From assembly GCA_043747615.1 (NCBI GenBank), contig JAYTOU010000003.1, positions 128,001 through 192,000 on the forward strand: a DNA stretch of 64,000 nucleotides, given 5' to 3'. This document shows, piece by piece, positions 10,773 through 19,540 of this stretch. A program made the translations under genes and the position numbers. Source of the DNA: Myxococcales bacterium. GTDB lineage: Bacteria > Myxococcota_A > Polyangia > Polyangiales > Polyangiaceae. The notes beneath the pieces were generated by a model that did not search any database, was not told the DNA's origin, and was given only the letters and a program-made list of their open reading frames with translations. The stretch's first letter is position 1. Every line of letters begins with the position of its first letter.

Positions 10773-11972
10773 CTAGCCCTCGTCCTCGGTCGCCGATGGC
10801 AACCCGGGATCTTCCTCTTGCTCTACGGCGTCAACGGGAAGATGCACGCGGGTGGCATGCACGCGCTCGTCGAGCTCGACGCGCCAAAAGGAGGGGCCGT
10901 CTCCACTCCGGCAGCCGAGCGTGAGTGACGGAGAGGCCAGCAGGCGGAAATGGCATCCTGCGGGTTGGCGCTCCTCGCTGATGTGGCGATGGCCGTGCAT
11001 GACGAGCGTGGCCCCGATGTCGTTGAACACCTCGGCCACACCCTTCGCGTCGTCGAGGCGCATACCGATCTCCGAGGGCGCGCTTCTCCCGATCCCGTGC
11101 GGCAGAGGAACGACGTGATGATGAAGCGCGACCATCCGGTGTTTCGCTCGAATCCATTCAGGGGTCTTCGCGAGCGCCCGCAGGTAGGCGATCTGGGCTT
11201 CGCCGATCGCGCCGTTGTGGCGGAAAAAACGGCGTTGTGGACGTGAGCACGAGTCAAGACCCACGAGGATGGCGTCCCCATCTGCGAGCACCTGGGACCA
11301 CGCACCGGAAGAATCGAGACGAAGACCGAGGCGCTCGGCGAAGTCTTGCCATGCGGCGCGCTTGCTCTGCGCCGTCGGGCGAGGACGGCCGCTCCCCGCG
11401 AGCGGAAAGAGGTAGAGGTCGTGGTTGCCGGGAATGGCGAAAAGGCGGCTGCGGTCCTTGTAGCGGCGGAACGCTGCCTCGATGAGCTCGTAGCCGTCGC
11501 CATCATCGGTGAGATCGCCGGTGATGAGGACCGCGTCGGGCTCGCTCTCGTCGACGACGCGCGCGGCGCGAAGAAGGCGCACGTTCGAATTCTTGGGCGT
11601 GACGGTGGCCATTACTTTGAGCGCGCCGTCGGTCGGAATGCCGCGCGCGAGGGTCATCGCTCTACGCGCTTCGAGGTGGCAGGCCTTCCACGCGGCGCGT
11701 TCGACCGGGTCGATGATCCCGTCGGCCTGACGGCTCGTAGGCACGGGATGCGAGTATCCCTCGGGATCGACAAGGCTGATCTTGCTCCGCTTCGCCTCCC
11801 GCAGGTGAAGGACCTTCCAGCCCGCCTCTTCCCAGAAAACTTCGTAATGGGACGCGCTGACGTCTGCCTGCCTGGCACTTCTTTTTACGATGCGCGCGCG
11901 ATCGTGGAAGGTGTCACCGAACGTCGAGATGTGGAGGTCCGAGACGTGAGCCAAGATGAAGGGCTTGGTCAT
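10773..11972 (-). CDS. Metallophosphoesterase (Icc/CpdA-like)
   Basis: SDLH, TGDLTD, PGNHD, HH and HGHRH calcineurin-like motifs. Confidence 0.88.
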   Translation of the reverse strand: MTKPFILAHVSDLHISTFGDTFHDRARIVKRSARQADVSASHYEVFWEEAGWKVLHLREAKRSKISLVDPEGYSHPVPTSRQADGIIDPVERAAWKACHLEARRAMTLARGIPTDGALKVMATVTPKNSNVRLLRAARVVDESEPDAVLITGDLTDDGDGYELIEAAFRRYKDRSRLFAIPGNHDLYLFPLAGSGRPRPTAQSKRAAWQDFAERLGLRLDSSGAWSQVLADGDAILVGLDSCSRPQRRFFRHNGAIGEAQIAYLRALAKTPEWIRAKHRMVALHHHVVPLPHGIGRSAPSEIGMRLDDAKGVAEVFNDIGATLVMHGHRHISEERQPAGCHFRLLASPSLTLGCRSGDGPSFWRVELDERVHATRVHLPVDAVEQEEDPGLPSATEDEG

Positions 11973-11991
11973 GTGGACCGAACCGACGAGC

Positions 11992-12486
11992 TCACATGCC
12001 CGCGACGATCTTGTACCCCTCGCCGTCTGGGACGAGCTCGAGCCGGTTGTCGGCGATGCTGTGCTTCCACTCCTGCCCTTTCACGCCAGGGATCCGGAAG
12101 CTCGCCGCGTACGTGTAGTCTACATAGATGCGGTTCGACTCGGTGAAGGTCACCTTGCGGTACCGAATCTCGTAGCGGATCTGGGTGGTACGGACGAAGG
12201 CCGTTAGTAGGTAGTCCTTGAGGCCATCGAAATCGATGTCGTCTTCGTCGTTCGTGTTGCCGCCGTCCTCGTGGTAGCGCGGGCTCGCCATTTTCAAGAG
12301 CGATCCGACGTTCTTGTCCTCGACGGCGTGGCGGTAGTCCTCGCAGAAGAGGACCACTTTTCGGTTGTCGCTGTTGTCCTCGACATCCGTGTTCGGGATG
12401 TTCGTCTTGGAGCACCCGAAGGCAAGAGCCGCGAGCAGCGCGACGACGACGAGGAGCGGAGAGAAGGAATGGAGCGGGCGGGGCAT
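11992..12486 (-). CDS. Lipoprotein, probable NTF2-like fold
   Basis: Lipobox AFGC; alpha+beta NTF2-like pattern; GGAG RBS. Confidence 0.7.
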   Translation of the reverse strand: MPRPLHSFSPLLVVVALLAALAFGCSKTNIPNTDVEDNSDNRKVVLFCEDYRHAVEDKNVGSLLKMASPRYHEDGGNTNDEDDIDFDGLKDYLLTAFVRTTQIRYEIRYRKVTFTESNRIYVDYTYAASFRIPGVKGQEWKHSIADNRLELVPDGEGYKIVAGM

Positions 12487-12506
12487 CGTTGGGTGAGCTC
12501 CCCTCG

Positions 12507-12522
12507 TGCAAGGGGCATTCCC
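12507..12522 (-). promoter_or_regulatory. Candidate sigma54 promoter for the lipoprotein/metallophosphoesterase genes
   Basis: Minus strand reads gGGAATGCCCCTTGCa (GG-N10-GC, TTGCA); direct repeats GCCACTTTG at 12544-12552 and 12578-12586 lie upstream. Confidence 0.55.
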
Positions 12523-12626
12523 GCTGCGTCGATGGGAAAACGAGCCACTTTGCGCAGTGGTCCGTCACCGGATGTTTGCCACTTTGGCGGGCAACTTCCG
12601 ATGGGGCCGCTCCCCTCGCCAAATGG

Positions 12627-14552
12627 TCAGACCGCACGAAACGCGACCCTCGCGTGAGCGCCCCACGGTGACGACCCGCGGACGAAGATAGGAGCTCGGG
12701 CTTGCGTGAGCGGGAGAAGCGCGGCGTGGCCGACGGGACAAGGCTCGGTCGCGGAGCCGTGCTCGAGGCGGAGGATGATCTCTTCAATCCTAGCGTACGC
12801 AGAGGGAGCGCTCGTCACGAGGAGAGCGACGGCACCCGTTTGTGCCTTGCCATAGGAGGCGGCGGACTCGAGCGCGTGAACGGCGGGGCCAACCTCGTCT
12901 ACGCCGACGACCACGAGCGCGTCGGCATCCCCCGCGGCGACGAGCTGGGCGGCGACGGCGAGCGCCTCCACCGCGCCGTGCAGTCCGCTCCCGAGCGCGA
13001 GGCCCGGACCCGTGAGCCCGAACGCCACGCCGCACTCGCCAGCGACCGCGTTCGGTGAGGTATACGCGAAGCGACGAGGCTCGACGAAGCGGGCGCCGCG
13101 ATCGCGCAATCGGACATGAAATAGGCGGTTGGTCTCGAGGGTGGCGTAGGCGTGGCCGACGACGATGCCTGCTCCTTTGAGCGAGCCTACGGCGTCCTCC
13201 AGCTTGGCTACTGCAGCGAGCGCGTAGCGAACGAGGTCGTCGGCGCGCGTGATCTTGTCGAGCCCCCATCCCACGCGCGAGGCAAGCTCGGAGGCGCTCG
13301 GGTCTTCGAGGATCGCAACCGCCTGCGACGCATACGCTGCGCGCCGCCGGTGAGCTTGTGCAGATGCGCTCGCCTCGCGGGTGATGACGAGGGCCGCATT
13401 CGCTCCCCCGAACGCCGCGGACAATTTGAGCGCGACGTCGACCCGGCCCGCGGTGGCCGTCTCGAGGAGCCGTCCGGGGAGCGCTCCGTCGACGGGGGAG
13501 ACTACGGGCGTCGCGGGAAAAATTCCTCGGGTGATGGCGTCGATGCATCCGATCGTCTCGAGCGCCCCCGCCGCGCCGAGCGTATGACCGATCTGCGACT
13601 TGACCGGAAAAATAAGGGGGTTGGTGTGATTCGCACCGAGCATCATTTCAAGCGCGCGCGCCTCGGCGGCGTCGTTGAACGGCGTCGCGGTCCCATGCGC
13701 GCTCACCAGCGCGACTGCGCTTCCCGAGACGCCCGCATCGGCGAGAGCAGCGCGCCCCGCACGCGCGAGGCCCTCCCCTGTACGGTCCGGCGCCGTGAGG
13801 TGAACCGCATCGGAGGTCGCGCCGAACCCGGACACGAACGCGCGGGCTCCAGACGTCTTGGAGGACGATCGCCCCGCCGGCACCAAGGCGAGCACGGCCG
13901 CGCCTTCGCCGAGCGACATCCCATCACGGCCGACGAGAAACGGACGGGGTGGCACCGCCCCCGTCGTTGCGCGAAGGACCTCGAAGCCGGAAGCAACGAA
14001 GACGCTGAGCGCATCGAAGCCGCCAGCGATCACGAGATCGCACGCGTCCTCGGCGAGCCAACGGGTCCCGAGACCTATGGCCATCGTCGACGCGGAGCAG
14101 GCCGCAAGGAGCAGCGTGACGGGTGCAAAGGCGAGCCCGAGAGCTCTCGACGACGCGACCAGAGGCGCAAAATACGTTGCCCCCACCGCTTCCTCACGGG
14201 TGGGGGGGCGCGAAGTGATCGCAGAAAAAAAGCTCGTCGCTCCGTTCATGGCACCGCTCGAAGTCCCGAGGGAGAGGCCCACCCGTTCCTTTCGCCAGTC
14301 CGGTCGGACCACATCGAGCTCCGCGGCACAGGCGAAGAGCGCTTGCGTGAGAAGGGCCACGGCAGGATCCGATCCGTCCTTGTGCGCGTGGGGGATCCTC
14401 GCCGCGAAGGGCCTAGCGAGTCCTGCGCGGGCGAGCTCTTCGTCGTGCGCGATGGCCACTCGGGGGCGAGCACCGAGCTCTCCAACGCCGCCCGCGGCGA
14501 GCCCTTCACCGAGCGCAGACACGGCGCCGAGCGCGATGATCGCGGCGCTCAC
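12627..14552 (-). CDS. Beta-ketoacyl synthase fused to an inactive KS-like (chain-length-factor-like) domain
   Basis: N-domain AACSAS, SAHGTATPFND, KSQIGHTLGAAG; C-domain PRRFAYTSPNAVAG..GLTGP with no catalytic Cys/His. Confidence 0.88.
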   Translation of the reverse strand: MSAAIIALGAVSALGEGLAAGGVGELGARPRVAIAHDEELARAGLARPFAARIPHAHKDGSDPAVALLTQALFACAAELDVVRPDWRKERVGLSLGTSSGAMNGATSFFSAITSRPPTREEAVGATYFAPLVASSRALGLAFAPVTLLLAACSASTMAIGLGTRWLAEDACDLVIAGGFDALSVFVASGFEVLRATTGAVPPRPFLVGRDGMSLGEGAAVLALVPAGRSSSKTSGARAFVSGFGATSDAVHLTAPDRTGEGLARAGRAALADAGVSGSAVALVSAHGTATPFNDAAEARALEMMLGANHTNPLIFPVKSQIGHTLGAAGALETIGCIDAITRGIFPATPVVSPVDGALPGRLLETATAGRVDVALKLSAAFGGANAALVITREASASAQAHRRRAAYASQAVAILEDPSASELASRVGWGLDKITRADDLVRYALAAVAKLEDAVGSLKGAGIVVGHAYATLETNRLFHVRLRDRGARFVEPRRFAYTSPNAVAGECGVAFGLTGPGLALGSGLHGAVEALAVAAQLVAAGDADALVVVGVDEVGPAVHALESAASYGKAQTGAVALLVTSAPSAYARIEEIILRLEHGSATEPCPVGHAALLPLTQARAPIFVRGSSPWGAHARVAFRAV

Positions 14553-15307
14553 AATGCGACTCCTGGCTCATCGGGATCAAGAAAGGCGGCCGCGTCCGGC
14601 GGATCGGAAGAGACCGATTCGACGAGGACCTCGACCTCTAGCCCCGTCACCTCTTGCTTGTAACGCGCGCGATCACCCGGGCCCGGGCGAAGGCTCCGCG
14701 CGACCCATTCGAGCCGATCGCGCGCGTCACCTGGTCCAGTTCGGCGCGTGGCGATGAAGTGCTTGCGCGCGCCTGGCTGCGTGACGAGCTGACGCAAGAA
14801 GACCGTCGCATCGTCGTCGCGCAGGACGTACGTGCGACCGCCGGGGCTATCGTCGATCGTGAGGAGCCGCCCTTCGAGGGGCTCGAGAAACCACCAGTGA
14901 AAAAATCCGATCGGGAGCTCGTCGACCTTCGTCTTCGTGCTTCCGCGGCGGATGGTGTCGAGCGCGGGAATCGAGAAACGCCAGCGCTCACGGGTGACCC
15001 AGACATCGAGCGCAGTCCTGCCGCCCGGTCCGAGGAGAATCATGCGCATGGCCCGATGGGGGTCCACGGCTACCGCGCCGCGCCCTTCGAGAACCCTCCC
15101 CGAGCGAGGTTCGCGCACGGCGACGCGAATCACTTCGACGTACGGTTTGTCGACGACGTTCTGCCGGAGCTCCGCGAGATCCGTCCGCGCTCGAGTCCAT
15201 GCAGCTTGCGTCACCTCGGGTGCGACGGTCTTCGCGGATGCGCACGCAAGCGAGCCGACAGCGAGCCCCAGTAGAGCCGAATGAAAGGCATTTCGCAGCT
15301 GGATCAT
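14549..15307 (-). CDS. Lipoprotein of unknown function (possible LolA/LolB-like fold)
   Basis: Lipobox SLAC; beta-rich; lies between the two KS genes with a GTGA overlap. Confidence 0.65.
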   Translation of the reverse strand: MIQLRNAFHSALLGLAVGSLACASAKTVAPEVTQAAWTRARTDLAELRQNVVDKPYVEVIRVAVREPRSGRVLEGRGAVAVDPHRAMRMILLGPGGRTALDVWVTRERWRFSIPALDTIRRGSTKTKVDELPIGFFHWWFLEPLEGRLLTIDDSPGGRTYVLRDDDATVFLRQLVTQPGARKHFIATRRTGPGDARDRLEWVARSLRPGPGDRARYKQEVTGLEVEVLVESVSSDPPDAAAFLDPDEPGVAL

Positions 15308-15315
15308 CGCGCGAC

Positions 15316-17514
15316 CTACGTGGAGACCAGGCGCACCGCGTACCCTCGACCTTTTGCGAGTCCGACGACGAGCGCATCTCCGACGGCGTGCCGCTGCATT
15401 TCGCTCACCGCTGCCGCGATGGCAAACGCTCCCAGCCCTTCGTGCTCACCCGACGCGCGCCCCAGGGGAGCCCGCCGCACGCCCCGCCACGGCGACGCTT
15501 CAATGAGCGCGACAACGCCTTCGTCTTCACGCGCGAGAAAAATACAGGCTTTTGGTCCTGGCGCGCCCAGGCTTCCCAGCGGCAACCGGGTCGGCTCGCG
15601 CCAGATGAGAACCTGCTCCACGCGCGCGATGATCGTGCGACCGGCAGCCTCGACGGTTTCTTCCGCTTCGAAGACCACTGCCGCACCGCCCTCGGCCCGC
15701 GGCCCTCGACCGCTCTCCGGAAGACGCGAGAAGAGTGCGACCAGGCGGCGCTCGACGATCTGACTCGCTTCCTCGACTCCGCCAGCGACGATGGTGTCTG
15801 CTTCGCCGTCTGCGATGAGCTCGATCGCCTGCGCGCACGCGCTCTCTCCGCTGGTCGCGAGATCGGCCGTTGCCAGCACAGGCCCTCGGAGTCCCAGATA
15901 AATCGACACGTGGCCGACCGGTGAGCTCGGCACGAGATTGGGAAAGTCAGCGGGGCTCACCATGCGCGGCCCTTTCTCGAAGAGGCGATGCATGAACGCT
16001 GCAGATGCATCGACGCTGCCGAAAGCGCTCCCGAGAACGGCACCGATGCGGGTGGCCGGTCCGCCCTTTGCGCCCGACTCTTCGAGCGCGCGCTCGACGA
16101 TCACGGCTCCCATGCGGGCAGGACGGTCGAGCCTCCGCGCGAGAGAGACATCGAGCTTCGTCGCGAGATCCAGCGTGACCCGCCGCCCCCCATCGGGCGT
16201 GCTCGGATCGAGCAGAGCGCGGCTCTCCGCTGTACCGCGAAGGCCCGTCGGCGTGAGCGTCGCCGCCGCCGTCACTACCACGCGTCGCGGCACCCAGCCC
16301 TGCTCCGGGCCAAGCTCTGGCTCCGTGAAGACCAGCGCCGTGTCCATGCCTCCGAAGCCGAAGGAGTTCGAGATGGTCGCGCGAACCCGCGCCGCTCTTC
16401 CCTCTCGAAGCACGTGAACGAGCGGACACGCGGGGTCCGCCTCGATGAGCCCCGCGGTCGGAACTATTGCCTGCCGCGCGACTGTGAGCGCCGCGATGCC
16501 CGCTTCGATACCGCCTGCCGCGCCGAGTGTGTGACCGATCTGCCCCTTGGAGCTGGAGACGGGAATGCGCCGGAGCTCGTCACCAAGCGCGAGGGCGAGC
16601 GCCGCGGACTCCATCGGATCGTTTAACGGTGTTCCTGTTCCGTGCGCGTTGACGTAATCGATGTGCGACGCCTGGAGATGCGCGCGTGCAAGAGCGAGCG
16701 AAATCGTTCGCCCGGCGCTCGTTCCGCTCGGCTCCGGATTCGTGATGTGGTGAGCCTCGGAGCCGATGGCCCAGCCGGCGAGCTCGGCGATGGCAAGGGC
16801 ACCACGCGCGCGCGCCGACGACGCTCGCTCGATGACCAGGAAGCCGGCTCCCTCCCCTAGGTTCAGGCCCTTCCGCGATCGATCGAAGGGCTTGCAGGGC
16901 GCGGGATCGATCGCGGCGAGCGCGTTGAACCCGCTCAGCGTCAGTCGACACAGTCCATCGCTTCCGCCGGCGACCACGGCGTCAACTACGCCGGCGCGGA
17001 GCCACTCGGCGGCGACGACTAGGGCGTTGGCGCCACTCGAGCACGCGCTCGATAGCGTGCGGACGCGCGCGAACGGACCCAGCGCCTCGTCGAGGCGATC
17101 TCCCGTCGACGTGAGCGGATGCGAGAGCATCTCGAGGAGCGCTTCGTGCGCGTCAGGATCGGTGTGGAGCTCGGCCAGGCGGGCTTCGGTCTCGAACATT
17201 CCGCCCGTGGTTCCACCGACGACCAGTCCGACCCGGCTTGTTTTTGCATCGAGCTTTGCCTCGGCTAGCGCCTCGCGCGCAGCAGCGAAGGCCATCGCGC
17301 TCGACCGGGACCAGGCGGCAGCGCCCCCTTCGCCCACGTCAGGGATCGTGACCACCTCGACTTGACCACCGAGGTTCGCGCGCTGGTTGGACGTGTCGAA
17401 AAGATCGATCGGACGGATGCCGCGCTCGCCGCGCAGAAGCGCCTTCCAAGTCGTCTCGCGTGTTGCGCCTATCGAGGTGACCAGCCCGACGCCGGTGACG
17501 AAGAGCCTCGTCAA
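15316..17514 (-). CDS. Beta-ketoacyl synthase (FabF-like) fused to an inactive KS-like (CLF-like) domain
   Basis: SACSSG, NAHGTGTPLND, KGQIGHTLGAAG, SNSFGFGG; second domain RRLDR..FPNLVPSSPVGH..GLRGP..LATSG lacks the Cys. Confidence 0.92.
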   Translation of the reverse strand: MTRLFVTGVGLVTSIGATRETTWKALLRGERGIRPIDLFDTSNQRANLGGQVEVVTIPDVGEGGAAAWSRSSAMAFAAAREALAEAKLDAKTSRVGLVVGGTTGGMFETEARLAELHTDPDAHEALLEMLSHPLTSTGDRLDEALGPFARVRTLSSACSSGANALVVAAEWLRAGVVDAVVAGGSDGLCRLTLSGFNALAAIDPAPCKPFDRSRKGLNLGEGAGFLVIERASSARARGALAIAELAGWAIGSEAHHITNPEPSGTSAGRTISLALARAHLQASHIDYVNAHGTGTPLNDPMESAALALALGDELRRIPVSSSKGQIGHTLGAAGGIEAGIAALTVARQAIVPTAGLIEADPACPLVHVLREGRAARVRATISNSFGFGGMDTALVFTEPELGPEQGWVPRRVVVTAAATLTPTGLRGTAESRALLDPSTPDGGRRVTLDLATKLDVSLARRLDRPARMGAVIVERALEESGAKGGPATRIGAVLGSAFGSVDASAAFMHRLFEKGPRMVSPADFPNLVPSSPVGHVSIYLGLRGPVLATADLATSGESACAQAIELIADGEADTIVAGGVEEASQIVERRLVALFSRLPESGRGPRAEGGAAVVFEAEETVEAAGRTIIARVEQVLIWREPTRLPLGSLGAPGPKACIFLAREDEGVVALIEASPWRGVRRAPLGRASGEHEGLGAFAIAAAVSEMQRHAVGDALVVGLAKGRGYAVRLVST

Positions 17515-17519
17515 CGCGC

Positions 17520-17792
17520 TCAGGCTTTCTCGCCCGCTTTTGCCGCGGCCACGAACTCCGCCAGCGACGTCACGGAACGGAAGATCGGGCGTGCCTCGTC
17601 CCCCTCGGGGATGCGAACGCCGAAGTACTCTTCGACGCTCATCGCGAGTTGAAGTGCATCGAGCGAGTCAAGCCCGAGGCCTTCACCAAAGAGCGGCGCT
17701 TCGTCGCCGATGCTCGTTGGGTCTTTGCCTTCGAGGTTCAGCTCACGAACGATCAGCTCTTTTATTTTTAGTTTAAGACCGGTCTCAACCAT
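17520..17792 (-). CDS. Acyl carrier protein
   Basis: LFGEGLGLDSLDAL phosphopantetheine attachment motif; 90 aa, acidic. Confidence 0.95.
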   Translation of the reverse strand: MVETGLKLKIKELIVRELNLEGKDPTSIGDEAPLFGEGLGLDSLDALQLAMSVEEYFGVRIPEGDEARPIFRSVTSLAEFVAAAKAGEKA

Positions 17793-17853
17793 CGATGCTC
17801 CGAAGAAAAGCCCCCCGCGCTTTTTGCAAAGTAACGAATGCCATCACTCTCGC

Positions 17854-18051
17854 TCAGACCGGGACTTTTTCCCAGGATTCGATGAGGGGTTTCCTTTTTG
17901 CGGGCGGCGGAGGAGACAGCGTCGGCTGCACCGTCGCCGGAGAAGCGGGCGGCGGTACTGCGCGAGAAGCAAGCGCCGCATCGAGAGTGACCGTGGCGGT
18001 CACCGTTGCGATGAGCCATGGCAAAACAGCCCACGCCGTACGCCTCTCCAT
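17854..18051 (-). CDS. Small secreted or membrane-anchored Pro-rich protein (65 aa)
   Basis: MERRTAWAVLPWLIATVTATVTL signal-like start, then a Pro-rich tail; same strand as, and just upstream of, the ACP. Confidence 0.45.
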   Translation of the reverse strand: MERRTAWAVLPWLIATVTATVTLDAALASRAVPPPASPATVQPTLSPPPPAKRKPLIESWEKVPV

Positions 18052-18134
18052 TTCCCAATGATAGGGCCTGCGATCCGAATCGCCAGGGGGTCTTTCTGCT
18101 GCGCAAAAAGGAGCGCCTCTGCTACACACGGCGC

Positions 18135-18929
18135 ATGGGTACCCTCGTCAATTACGCGACGTTCAAGGGGGTCGCGGTGCTCACGCTGAACGATCCGCCG
18201 GTCAACGCCTACACGCACGAGATGCTGAAGGAGCTCGACGCGGCCATCCTCGAGGCGCGATTCGACGAGGACGTCCATGTGATCGTGATCACCGGCCACG
18301 GCGACAAATACTTTTCCGCGGGCGCGAACATCAACATGCTTCGCGAGGCGGATGAGTTCTACAAATATTATTTTTGCCTGCATGCGAACGAGACGCTGTG
18401 TCGCCTCGAGCAAACGCCGAAGCTTTGCATCGCGGCGCTCAACGGCCACACCGTCGGCGGAGGGCTGGAAATCGCGCTCGCGTGCGACATGCGGATCGGG
18501 CGCGGAGGGGCGTTCGTCCTCGGCCTTCCCGAAGTGAAGCTCGGCGTCCTTCCGGGCACCGGGGGCACGCAACGCCTGGCGCGGCTCGTCGGAAAAGGTC
18601 GGGCGATCGAGCTGATGTGCGAAGGCGAAAATGTCTCCTTCGAGCACGGCGTCGAGCTCGGCGTCATCAACAAAATTTGGGAGTCGGCTACCCACGAAGA
18701 GTTCATGAAAAAGATCATGGACTACGCGCACGGCTTCACGACGCCGAACAAAGCCGTCCTCGCCGTCGGGCGCATCAAGCGCAGCGTGCAGAGCGGGCTC
18801 GAGATGAGCCTCGAGCAAGGCCTCGCCTTCGAGCGCGAGCTTCAGTCCCAGCTGTTCGCGTCCCACGACGCAAAAGAGGGGCTCGACGCGTACATCGCGA
18901 AGCGCCCCCCTCAGTTCAAAGGCAAGTAG
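18135..18929 (+). CDS. Enoyl-CoA hydratase/isomerase (crotonase family)
   Basis: FSAGAN, AALNGHTVGGGLE, LPEVKLGVLPGTGGTQRL; both catalytic Glu present. Confidence 0.93.
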   Translation: MGTLVNYATFKGVAVLTLNDPPVNAYTHEMLKELDAAILEARFDEDVHVIVITGHGDKYFSAGANINMLREADEFYKYYFCLHANETLCRLEQTPKLCIAALNGHTVGGGLEIALACDMRIGRGGAFVLGLPEVKLGVLPGTGGTQRLARLVGKGRAIELMCEGENVSFEHGVELGVINKIWESATHEEFMKKIMDYAHGFTTPNKAVLAVGRIKRSVQSGLEMSLEQGLAFERELQSQLFASHDAKEGLDAYIAKRPPQFKGK

Positions 18930-18938
18930 TCGCGCGGA

Positions 18939-19385
18939 TCAGCTGCCGCCGGGGAGGCAAAAACCGGTCATCGTGTTGCAGCTGGCGCCCTGGATGCAGT
19001 CGCTCGGACTGACGCACGGGAAGGCGCACTTTCCGAACTGCGTGTTGCAGTGGGCAAGACCGCAGCCGCTGTCGTTGGAGCACGGGAGCGCCAGAGGACC
19101 GGGAGTTGCGAGTTGGCCAGGCTGACCCATGGCGGGGGCGCCTTGCTGGGGAGCGCCTTGCTGAGGCGCACCCTGTTGGGGCTGTTGGGGATAGCCACCC
19201 TGCTGCTGCTGTGGGTAGCCGCCCTGCTGCGGGGGAGGAGAGCCCCCTTGCTGCGGGTAACCCTGGCCGTAGCCCGACGACGCCGAACCGGCGGGGTACG
19301 TCGCCGCGGGGGTCTCGTCCTTCTTGCCGCATGCGATCGCCACGATGCACACGGTCACTGCGCTGAGAGTTGCCAACGTTCGCAT
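18939..19385 (-). CDS. Lipoprotein with Q/G/Y/P low-complexity repeats and a Cys-rich C-terminus
   Basis: Lipobox AIAC; PQQGGYPQ and PQQGA repeats; 8-Cys C-terminal module. Confidence 0.75.
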   Translation of the reverse strand: MRTLATLSAVTVCIVAIACGKKDETPAATYPAGSASSGYGQGYPQQGGSPPPQQGGYPQQQQGGYPQQPQQGAPQQGAPQQGAPAMGQPGQLATPGPLALPCSNDSGCGLAHCNTQFGKCAFPCVSPSDCIQGASCNTMTGFCLPGGS

Positions 19386-19540
19386 TTAAAGTCCTTCCAA
19401 GGTTGCGTCGACGACGCGGCGCGGCCAGATGATGACACCAAGGAAGTACGTTCCTGGGACTCCGTCGTCAACCTGCTTCAAGCCGGATCAGGCTCGCATC
19501 TCGACCGCTCGTCGGTCTTCCAGTAGAGCCTCACATCGCG

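Noticed and set aside
12540..12590. c-di-GMP-I (GEMM) riboswitch: minus strand GGCAAAC-ATCCG-GTGA-CGGA...GCGCAAAG
   Set aside because: Only partial resemblance; stem closure and spacing are off and the second hairpin is absent. A sigma54 promoter with direct repeats explains the region better. An Rfam scan would settle it.
17826..17844. sigma54 promoter upstream of the ACP (TGGCAT...TTGCA)
   Set aside because: GG-to-GC spacing is 13 rather than the required 10.
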